Assembly (NCBI GenBank): GCA_009859145.1
Contig: VRVR01000017.1
Coordinates: forward strand, 1-61,085
Direction of reading: 5' to 3'
Origin: Andalucia godoyi And28
Taxonomy: Eukaryota; Protista; Jakobida
DNA: 61,085 nt
Part shown: positions 1-8,701 of the stretch, in pieces
Layout: each line of letters begins with the position of its first letter
Position numbering within the stretch: the first letter of the stretch is position 1
Translations under genes and position numbers: made by a program
The notes under the pieces: generated by a model
Database searches by the model: none
Seen by the model: the letters and a program-made list of their open reading frames with translations, nothing else
What the model was told of the DNA's origin: nothing

Positions 1-981
1 CGTTTATCGCTGCAATCGGCATGAGGACGCTGGCTTTATGCTATTTTCTCCATGCTTGGGCTGATGACGATTCGTCTCAGTCTGGGGAATGAACAACCGG
101 TTGCTGCATTCACTACTCCGGGTCCATTCCGGCGTATCGGCAGCTCCTAAAATGCGATGGGGCCGTGCGCTGCAGAAAGCGAATTTTGCTTTGCTTTGGT
201 GAGCACTATATTACGGGTCGCTGTGGGATCAGAAGCGGAGCTGCATACAGGACGCTTTTTCTTGCTGAGGAGTGCTCCAACGCTCCTGCTGAAACGGGCG
301 TGCGCGCATCCAACACTTGTTAAACCGTGCATCGGAACGCGAGAAAGAAAGAGGGAGGAAGAGGAGAGAGAGAGAGAAGCTACCGTCGACTGGAGGAGGA
401 CCCAGCGGTATCCCTCGACTCAAGGCTCCCCCGTTGCACTGCTCATGTGCAGAGGATGCAGAATCTGGTAGAGAAAAACATCACCCTTCAGGTGGGCCTG
501 AGCTGTCAGTATCGCAGAACTCAAGGGGGTCAAGCCCCTTCTGGAGCGGGTCCTACCCTCGTCAGCAAAACCTGCGATACAGCCCGGGGAAAGTGGGCGC
601 ACTGTGGCTTGCCAAGGAATCGATACGCCAAGAAACCCGCAAGAGCGCGTTTTCCCTCCCCGACGCTGCACCGGGTGGTCGACATGATCCGAACCTCTGG
701 GGGTATCGACTCGGCATCGCGCAGCGCACGGAAGAAGGAGCCGTGTTCATGTGCTTCAAATCTCCGCATAGCAACCTCCTGGCGGACATCCCAAGCAACG
801 CACAGGCGCCAGTGAGATCCACGCTCTTCAAAAGCACATGCTCGATCGTCTGTCGATACCGCTCCGCATCCTTCGGGCGATGAAGAATGCATCGGAAGGG
901 CTCTTTTACATTTAACCAAGCCAACCGTGGGCTAGAAGACTAGCGATCGACGATCGACACTGGTACTCTCACTCTCGTTTC

Positions 982-2520
982 CTATAACTGAAACCGACGA
1001 AATTCTGGATCTTTATCCAGAAGGTGCCAAATAGGCTCGCTCAGTGATAAACTGACGTCGATCGCACTCGTGTTTTTGCCCGTTGACACCGCGGACCGTC
1101 CGTTCTGCTGCGATGCTTGCATGAACTGGTCTTCTGTGGCAAGGAAATACGCCAGACCGTCGACCAAGGAAATCGGAGTGAACGGTGGACAAACAAGGGC
1201 AGGCGCAATGGGCTGTCCTACGGCATCGACATCAAAATGAGTATTGACATACATGTCAAATTTGCACCACTGCGACACCATGAAACCACCTGTCTCAAAA
1301 GGAAAGGCCAGCAGCACACAACTCTTGTCTGGCTGGGCTGCAATCCACCTGATGGTTTGGACAGCTTGCTCTTTACTGGGTTGTCGCAAAGAGTCATGCA
1401 CCACCCGTGCAATTTGCGAGAGCGGCGCGCAGGCAAGTACATCAGGGGAAAGGGAGAAGTAGGGACAGAACACTGCATTGGGGAAATATCCGCGTGGGAG
1501 ATTGAGACGATCCGTTCCGCGCCAATTGACGGACGCAAGAAAGTTACCAGAGACTTGCGATTCATTTGGTAGACCCCCAAATTCACGGGAATGCTTGACA
1601 CGCGCGATGTACACTCGTTGGTATAGATGGGCTGACAACGCGTCAAAGGTAGAGATCCAGCTGCACCCCGCCATCTCAGTCGCATGCGCTTTGATATCGT
1701 TGAGTTCACTGGTGGAGAAACGCAGAATACGTCCAACGACTGGCGGGCGAGATGAAGCGCCGCTCGCTGCGAAGGTTGTTGAAAGGTTGGGTACGAGCCG
1801 AAACAGACTCGGTTCAAACTGCAGTGCTTGCCGGCGCTCCTCCGGTGTCATGCGATGCAGTTCCCACATATAGGATCGGATTTGCGGCATGTGAGCGAGC
1901 TGCACTGAAGCTCCTGTGGACTCTGCCATGCACACGCCGCGATACAGTTCCGCCAAATCTCGAACGAGCTGAAAGTATCCGTCCGCATCACATACGCGGT
2001 GATGCAGTCGTATGCCGAGCGACACACTTCCACATACAAACCGGGTATGCTGAACGGTAAAGATGGGATCCTTGCAGATCCTGTCGGGGTCAGGATCAAA
2101 GGGTGCTAGAAGTGCGTTACCGGCATCTGGAAGATCCTGCAGGCGAACAGTTGCATGAAAGACACTGAGGTCGTTGAGGTTTGCACTGCAAGTGGCTGAC
2201 AAGAGCTCCGCTCCCGTACCAAGTTGTGTAATCTCCGGTGATTGATCGCTCTGGTTCACACTGAAGCGGCCGGTCAGATGCGGGTAGTAATCCAGCAACA
2301 GCGCAAGGGCCCGTTGCAGGCGTTCAATCGGAATGAGTTCGGAGGGAGACCCAACAGACGGTCGATAGACGAAGACTACTGCAATAGGAACAAATGACAG
2401 CACGACTTGATCCAACGGGCCAAGGTGCATTGGCGACTCAACAGTCTCCAGCGAAGTCTTATTTGCGCAATTCAATGTGTATCGCGCAAGAACTGTAACC
2501 GAGTGATCAGCAGCGGACAT
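982..2520 (-). CDS. BAHD/transferase-family CoA-dependent acyltransferase (similar to fungal trichothecene O-acetyltransferase-type enzymes)
   Basis: 512-aa intronless ORF. Catalytic HxxxD motif (HHRVCDADG), the upstream LLDYYPHLTGR and QHTRFVCGSVSLG segments typical of the family, and a degenerate DFGWG-like motif (FDVDAVG) near the C-terminus. Confidence 0.85.
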   Translation of the reverse strand: MSAADHSVTVLARYTLNCANKTSLETVESPMHLGPLDQVVLSFVPIAVVFVYRPSVGSPSELIPIERLQRALALLLDYYPHLTGRFSVNQSDQSPEITQLGTGAELLSATCSANLNDLSVFHATVRLQDLPDAGNALLAPFDPDPDRICKDPIFTVQHTRFVCGSVSLGIRLHHRVCDADGYFQLVRDLAELYRGVCMAESTGASVQLAHMPQIRSYMWELHRMTPEERRQALQFEPSLFRLVPNLSTTFAASGASSRPPVVGRILRFSTSELNDIKAHATEMAGCSWISTFDALSAHLYQRVYIARVKHSREFGGLPNESQVSGNFLASVNWRGTDRLNLPRGYFPNAVFCPYFSLSPDVLACAPLSQIARVVHDSLRQPSKEQAVQTIRWIAAQPDKSCVLLAFPFETGGFMVSQWCKFDMYVNTHFDVDAVGQPIAPALVCPPFTPISLVDGLAYFLATEDQFMQASQQNGRSAVSTGKNTSAIDVSLSLSEPIWHLLDKDPEFRRFQL

Positions 2521-3220
2521 CTCGATTCTTCCGGGGTTTTCTTTTGTGATGTAGAAACGAGAAGCCAGCGACAGTTGTCCACGAAAATGACTTCTCTTAG
2601 GCGATCAACGCTCACGTAGATATCGCAGTTCTGCAATTTTGAGAAATCCGAAGAAGAAGTTCATTCCGCAGTGACTCGCGAGGTTTGGTAGAATTCCCCC
2701 CCAACCAAAAAATATAAATATAAAAAAATAAAAAAGCTTGAACCAATTTGCACCAAGTGGGAATTTCCCCGAAACAACTTCCTCGACACTGTTGCACAAT
2801 TGTACAGATGCGTGTTTTCCTGCGCTGGCTTTCCGCTCGCCCAAACATCCTCGCTGAAGAATCAGTGAATAAAATAACAATGAAATACTGCACTTGTCCA
2901 CATCCACATTTGTAACGCAAAAATTCAACAAACCTACCCGTGGTTCATTTTGTTTCCTCGGAAGCACCTTGAGATTATCACTTCGGCACTCCACGTTACT
3001 CCCGAGACTCGACCTGGCCTCCGCTGGCTCCAGCCTGTCTACGGTTCGACCTCTCCCCTCCGTTTCGTTCTCCCATTTTCTTCCTCTTTTTTTTTTTTCC
3101 TCCGAAAGGCGCTGGGAAAGGCAGCAACAACATCCCACGCCCTTGTCTGTCTGTCTGTCTGTCTCTGTCTGTCTGTCCGTGTGTGCGTGTCCGTGTGTTT
3201 TGCCCAAGACAGTGTTCCAG

Positions 3221-4120
3221 ATGATCCTAATCGAACCGTCGAATCAGTCCGTGATCCAAGCGCTTGAAAACTATGTTGCAGATTCTGATCTGCGACATGA
3301 TGAGCGTATTGCGGCTGGCGATTTTGATGGCACACGGTTTCTGATTGTGATTTCAGGAGAGACTCCGAATTCGTCGGTGAGTGTGCATGTTTCTTTCCGT
3401 GGCTACAAGGAAGTGATGGCGGTTCCGGCTGCCAAGTCCTGGTTTGATAAAACCTTTGGAGGACAAACCGGAACTCCCGAACCGGGGTATGACGTCGCCG
3501 TGACAGTTGCAGAGTCGACGCTGTTGCAGAACTCACAAGAATGGATTGCGAACTTGTCAAATTTCAAATCGAGCTTGTTCAAGCAAGCAGTCCTGGGCTC
3601 CATGTCTGGAAGCACAGAAGGGGCCACGGTGTCGATTCCTTATCGCGAGGATGAAATGCTGTACATTATCTCGAAGCCGTCGAACAAGACTGCGATCGTT
3701 GCGTACCAACTGTCTTTTTCGGACCAAGATGATGGAGTTCTCGCGCAAGTGTTCTTGAAGGAGTTTGCAGACGCCCGCGCTCGCGAAAGGACGCTGGCAA
3801 GTGCCCCCGCTGTGCAGTTCACAGCCGAGAAGAAGCCAGTGGAGTTGTCGTCGCTCAAGGGTGCTCGCGAGGGAAAGATGATCTATTACGTCACGTTCAC
3901 GGTTCAAGAACGCCACTTCTCGAATCCGACAGCTGCAGAGCTTTTGTCCTCGTTCCGAACATACCTCCACTATCATCTCAAGTGTTCAAAGGCATATCTG
4001 CATTTCCGCATGCGTGACAAGGTTGCGTCTTGGCTCCAGGTGTTGAACCGGGCAAAGCGTGCTCCGTTCGAGCCTGTGGCAAAGAAGACAATGAGTGGAC
4101 GGACGTTTGTGCGCAAGTAG
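3221..4120 (+). CDS. ARPC2: Arp2/3 complex 34 kDa subunit
   Basis: ATG at 3221 gives MILIEPSN, a typical start. Also GQTGTPEPGYDV, DDGVLAQVFLKEF, APAVQF and YLHYHLKCSKAYLHFRMR...LQVLNRAK, all ARPC2 hallmarks. Confidence 0.95.
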   Translation: MILIEPSNQSVIQALENYVADSDLRHDERIAAGDFDGTRFLIVISGETPNSSVSVHVSFRGYKEVMAVPAAKSWFDKTFGGQTGTPEPGYDVAVTVAESTLLQNSQEWIANLSNFKSSLFKQAVLGSMSGSTEGATVSIPYREDEMLYIISKPSNKTAIVAYQLSFSDQDDGVLAQVFLKEFADARARERTLASAPAVQFTAEKKPVELSSLKGAREGKMIYYVTFTVQERHFSNPTAAELLSSFRTYLHYHLKCSKAYLHFRMRDKVASWLQVLNRAKRAPFEPVAKKTMSGRTFVRK

Positions 4121-4446
4121 GGCCCTTATGGCTGTGCGTTGCTTGCGCCGTGGCGAGCCTCCGTACTTGTTTCTGTTATGTGTGCATGTTGTGGTGGTCA
4201 TGAATTTTTTCAAGAAGAAGAAGAACATCGTTTTCGACGATTTAAAAATAAAATAAAAAAAGAGAAAGAATGCACAGAAATAATGAATGAATGAATTGTG
4301 ACAGTACGTTGTACTTTTCAAGTCTACAACACGGCATAAAAACGAACCACGCCATCAGAGAAGAGGAAAACATACGGGGGGCGCGCAGAAGAAGGAGGAA
4401 AGAAAAAACGCAGGCCCTCGATCGCAACGGAAAACACAAAGAGGAC

Positions 4447-4893
4447 TTATGCGTGTTTGGAGAAGTCCTCGTTGACCTCAGGAATATCGGAATCCTTGCC
4501 TTCGCTGGAAGACGACGCCTGCTGTTGCTGGATCAATTTGATGTAGTCCTGGAGAGCAGAAAGGTTTCCGACTCCGAGTTGAGTGATGATGTTGGGCATG
4601 AGCTCCTGCACAGTCTTTTGCTCAGCACGACCCGAAACGACATAGGTGTTGGCACTGAAGTTGGCCTGAACACGAGGGTTCTGGAAATGGATGATTGACT
4701 GATCGCTCTTGAACAGGTTAACCTCCTCAATGCCCGGGAACTGTTGGAGACCAAGCTTCTTCAAAGATCCTTCAATCTTCTTTGCGTCGGCAGAAGCAGT
4801 GTGAACAACCTTCTTGACGGGGCGGCGCATACCGCCGGCACGCTCTGAGGCTTGGGCCTTGAGCTTCTGGAGCTTCTCCTGATCAATGGGCAT
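4447..4893 (-). CDS. BTF3: Nascent polypeptide-associated complex subunit beta (BTF3)
   Basis: MPIDQEKLQKLKAQ...GGMRRPVKKVVH...LKKLGLQQFPGIEEVNLFKSD..IIHFQNPRVQA...ELMPNIITQLG; NAC domain; ATG at 4893. Confidence 0.95.
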   Translation of the reverse strand: MPIDQEKLQKLKAQASERAGGMRRPVKKVVHTASADAKKIEGSLKKLGLQQFPGIEEVNLFKSDQSIIHFQNPRVQANFSANTYVVSGRAEQKTVQELMPNIITQLGVGNLSALQDYIKLIQQQQASSSSEGKDSDIPEVNEDFSKHA

Positions 4894-5171
4894 GTTTGGA
4901 TTCGAACGTGCGACGAGAAACAACGTGCTGTCTGAAAGAAGATTCAAAAACAATAACAAAAAAAGACTTCGAACGCTCGCCAGGCCAGAAGAGATAAATT
5001 GCGTCAAGTGTTGCCCGAAGTGCGAGTCAAAAAACAAAAACCCTACGCAACCCTCGATCTTCTCCGGTATCACTTTCATTCCGACTACAGACGACGGGAC
5101 AAAAAGTACCCATCGTCAGTTCGTCATCCTGGAATTCATCATTTGTCCTCAGAATGCCTACATTTTATAAA

Positions 5172-5270
5172 CTGAACAAATGCATATCTACGAATAGACA
5201 TGCATATTCAGTCTTGCATCCCGTTGCCGGAAAGGGGATAGGCCCCCAACACGTCTCACGGCGTTCTTCA
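5172..5270 (-). ncRNA. Putative omegaRNA scaffold 3' part at the right end of Fanzor-like element 1
   Basis: Minus strand reads CTGAA-T-ATGCATGTCTA-TTCG-TAGATATGCAT-TTG-TTCAG, an 11-bp stem with a UUCG loop plus a 5-bp closing stem. It lies directly 3' of the RuvC-III codons, where TnpB/Fanzor omegaRNAs are located. There is no expression evidence. Confidence 0.45.
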
Positions 5271-5576
5271 GATGGATGTTCCGCGCTCCGTTCCCAATCT
5301 CGATCAATCGGTGAGCCACTTTCTCAGCGTGACACGTTGTTCCTGAGAAGGGTGCATTTTGACTCTGACGGCCCTTGCAGCAGGCGCTTTCGTGTCCTCA
5401 GCTGCAGCGCGATTGATGCACCTGGAGATACGAGATCGTGTCTTGGAAGTTCGCCTCTTGGCAGTGCGCTGAATGAATGATAGGTGGCTACGCGTAAGCA
5501 CGAATTCCCTGTGAAGCAAACGTGCTAGTGTCGGCCAGTATTGACCATGTCTGTTTATGGATACTTCCGTATGCAT
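5172..5576 (-). mobile_element. Internally deleted, non-autonomous TnpB/Fanzor2 (IS607-type) element, copy 1
   Basis: Minus strand encodes AVRVKMHPSQEQRVTLRKW (HTH_OrfB-like N-terminus) joined directly to DRDW/NGARNIHLKN (RuvC-III, 1-nt frameshift, 5275-5305). This is followed by a segment shared with copy 2 and a terminal hairpin ending TTCAG. The left boundary is uncertain. Confidence 0.75.
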
Positions 5577-6003
5577 GACAATGACGTGTTATTATTCAGC
5601 GGCAAGTGGACTTGAATTGTATTTTCGGATGGTCACGTTTGTTTGCTGAGCCAGCAAGCACCAGCTTTTCAGCGCACGGAATTAACCGCCCGCCCTTCAC
5701 GGCCACCACGCGTGAGGTGAATGACCTAGCGCAAGTTAATATTAATTTTAAAAAAGCAGCTCAAGATAAGTGTACTTCGGTTTTTTTGCTTTTCTATGAT
5801 TTTATGGTGCAACGTACAACAAGCCCACAGGCTTGCAAACCATTCATGCAGCGGACCGTTCTTTGCCGGCATCCGCTCTATGAACATCACTGTACAAATT
5901 TAACAAATGAAAGATAAAAATAAGAGAAATTAGTAGGAAAACAACAGAATGAAAAGAAAAAATACTCATTTTTGTCGTAGCATTCTGCGCTCACCACGTT
6001 CGC

Positions 6004-6966
6004 TCAGTCATCCGTCATGTCCTCGAGTTTTGCCAAGCTAGCTGCAGAATTGCCTGATCCGGGAGGTCGGCCAATCCGACCAGGTTCTCGGACTGCGACA
6101 ATTAGCTTGTCGGAGCTCATGACTTCATTGTATTTTTGCAATTTCTTCGCACGTACGTTGTCATCCGACCGAATGCTTGCTGCGTGGACTTCCTGTTCCA
6201 GCATTTGTCTTGGAACCTTTGCAGCCGGCGGTTCAATCATAGGAGCAAGCCCAGCAGGAATTCTGGCCCAGTCCGACGCAGCCAACGTCTCAGGATCAAT
6301 ATCTGCAGTACCAGAGCCGTGGCCGTCATGCCTCCTTGGAATGGAGGCCATGACATCGTACAGATTCCTGTGAATCCCAGCGCTTCCCGCGCCGGACGCT
6401 GTACCAGCAGCAGCCACAGAAGAAGAACCGTGTCGCTTCCTGTCAAGATCTGTCAAAGACTGTGCGATTTTTTCCTGATTTACCTGCTTGATCGATGCCA
6501 GATTGAGCTTGGTGTGATCCGGCGCATCGTGGAAATCGTATGTCGCAGACGGCGGATAGAGCGGCAAGAACTTTGGGAAATCTGCTGGCGTCGAGTGGGA
6601 AGGATCAAGAAACGGGTCGTACTGAGGAACGGCAATGGACGCATTGGCAGATCGAATAGAGGATGCCGAAGAGTCCGGAACGACCAGCAGCGGAGGAGAT
6701 TCCTTATAGAAGGAAAGGAACGTGGCCAAGGCCTCGGACCGCAAACCAAAGTCGTGAAGAGCCAGCTGGACATCTCGGGCATTACTTACGCTTCTGTTTG
6801 CGAGCTCTGAATAGCATCGAGATTCGTATCCAACATTGATGATGAACTGTCGCACAATCGATGCAAGAATGTCAATTGCAGACGCACGGGCTCGTTCGCA
6901 GCCAAGTTCTTCTAGTATGCGACATACAAATATATGTAAAGTAGAACCAACAACTGGATCACTCAT
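6004..6966 (-). CDS. TAF8: TFIID subunit 8-like (bromodomain-associated histone fold plus TAF8 C-terminal motif)
   Basis: Histone fold ILEELGCERARASAIDILASIVRQFI...SELANRSVSNARDVQLALHDFG, then PKFLPLYPPSATY resembling the TAF8_C motif. ATG taken at 6966. Confidence 0.75.
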   Translation of the reverse strand: MSDPVVGSTLHIFVCRILEELGCERARASAIDILASIVRQFIINVGYESRCYSELANRSVSNARDVQLALHDFGLRSEALATFLSFYKESPPLLVVPDSSASSIRSANASIAVPQYDPFLDPSHSTPADFPKFLPLYPPSATYDFHDAPDHTKLNLASIKQVNQEKIAQSLTDLDRKRHGSSSVAAAGTASGAGSAGIHRNLYDVMASIPRRHDGHGSGTADIDPETLAASDWARIPAGLAPMIEPPAAKVPRQMLEQEVHAASIRSDDNVRAKKLQKYNEVMSSDKLIVAVREPGRIGRPPGSGNSAASLAKLEDMTDD

Positions 6967-7266
6967 GTGCGCGCCGTCACCACGGAAATGATTGACGCGA
7001 GTGAAGGCGGAAGGCGAAAGGCAAGTTGCACAGCGTGCACAGCGCACACCGAGACGAAGGCTGGCCACAGAAAGACGTGTGGAAAGCCACTGTGATGGAG
7101 AGTGCAGCCGCGACCGGCATCACTTGATCCTGCTCTAATATGGCATGATACAGGAGATTTCTGCATTCCATTTTATATTTTTTTTTTCCAAAACAGGATG
7201 CATGTCCATCTGCATATCCATCTATATTGTACAAAGAGACGATCGATGAAGTCATCCGCAGTGGGG

Positions 7267-7887
7267 CTATTCGCAGTGAGAGCCAGGGACGGTGAAGGAT
7301 GGGTGGGACAAGAATAGATTCAGGTATGCCAGGGGCTGCGTCGCCAGCATCGTAGAGCATCCACCGAGCTGCAGGAGTCTGAAAAAGCCATCCGGCACAA
7401 ATGAATTTTCAGCGACTGTTTGATAGTGGAGGATGCAGCTTGCAAGATTTGCACCCTGCAGTGTGGGCTCGCAGTGTTTGAACGACGGCGGAGCGTCGTG
7501 ATCCGTTTGGGAAACTGTGCTCGAGCTGAGCGTTTGCTTCGGCATGATTATTTCAGCAGGTGATCGTGGCACTGGCTCTCCTGCAGCGCATCCGTTTACA
7601 GAACTGAGAGGAGGGCTCTGTAGCATGTAAAACGAGGGACTTCTGATAAAGTGACCAAGGTCGTCTGACCATACGAAACCGCGGCGTTCGTGTTTCTTAA
7701 AGTACACTCTTGCGTGGTTTTTGACTTGCAGTGGTGTGCGAGTCCGCATCGCTCGAGAGATGTACTTCCAATTTCCGCGACCATAGATCTTTAAGGAAAC
7801 TTCGAACATTTCCTGCTCTGCGGGGGTCCAAGCAATGTTGTGCGTTTCGGAGCGCGACCTGCTGCTACATGTCGGCGTCGGTTCCAT
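7267..7887 (-). CDS. Single-repeat Myb/SANT transcription factor (SHAQKYF-like class)
   Basis: WTPAEQEMFEVSLKIYGRGNWKYISRAMRTRTPLQVKNHARVYF. ATG taken at 7887. Confidence 0.85.
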   Translation of the reverse strand: MEPTPTCSSRSRSETHNIAWTPAEQEMFEVSLKIYGRGNWKYISRAMRTRTPLQVKNHARVYFKKHERRGFVWSDDLGHFIRSPSFYMLQSPPLSSVNGCAAGEPVPRSPAEIIMPKQTLSSSTVSQTDHDAPPSFKHCEPTLQGANLASCILHYQTVAENSFVPDGFFRLLQLGGCSTMLATQPLAYLNLFLSHPSFTVPGSHCE

Positions 7888-8701
7888 CGTATATCGGCGA
7901 TCTGACGATGCGTTGCAGGGACAGTGGGTGGAGCAACACGAGCTATTTAATGAGAAGAAAAGAGAAAAATGATCGTGTTGAACAACAGCATACAACAAAC
8001 GCCTTGATGAGGGGGAGGAGGGGGGGACTTTAGCCTCCCAATTCTTTTCCCATTGTTTTCCTTCGTTTTTCACATTCGGGCAGATCGGATTTTTACTTTA
8101 AAAAACGTCCTTGTTTTGTGCTTGTCTGCTCGCATCACGAAGGACGTTCTTCCCTCAATTTTCATTTTGCTTGCATCGAGTTTTACTGGTTCAACCTCTT
8201 CCGACTGCAAAAAACAAATAAATTTAAAAAACAGCCCAACGAAGCTCGTGAAGCGTGCTGAGCTGGGCGAGAATGCTGCGTATCCGCAACAAGCAAGAGA
8301 GCACTGCAAGGCTCAAACCAAAGCGTGATTCCATGGCAGACAGGGAATCCACCATGAACAACGATGCCGATATGTTTTCGTTTTTTGTTATGGGGAAATG
8401 TTTGGCCTGTCGCTTTTTGTCCCGACATCGGAGATTTAGCGGAGCCACAAATACCCGCACCGATCTTGAAAGTTGTTTGTGCTTGCTGACGCCCGACTCG
8501 AATCTTTTGTCGAGTTCGACAAATCTCACAAGATTTTTTGTGCAAAAATACATATATATATATATATATATACAGTAAAAAAAGGCAAGCAAGCAAGCAA
8601 GCAAGCAAACTGCAAGCTGCAAACCTGAAACATATCTTCTCCGCCGTTGTCTCAGATCGTTTTTTTTTTAATTCTTCAGTGCGTTAGTCTGCTGCAATCG
8701 A

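Noticed and set aside
57-300. CTGATGA followed later by GAAA, suggesting a hammerhead ribozyme
   Set aside because: No stem II of suitable length between CUGAUGA and GAAA; the local hairpin sequesters the core.
2605-3050. Possible small spliced gene on the minus strand upstream of the transferase
   Set aside because: Coding-like patches exist, but I could not establish a consistent exon chain or a recognisable product.
8070-8630. Possible small multi-exon gene on the minus strand between the Myb and ATPase genes
   Set aside because: Open frames are present but no motif was recognised and the splice structure is ambiguous.
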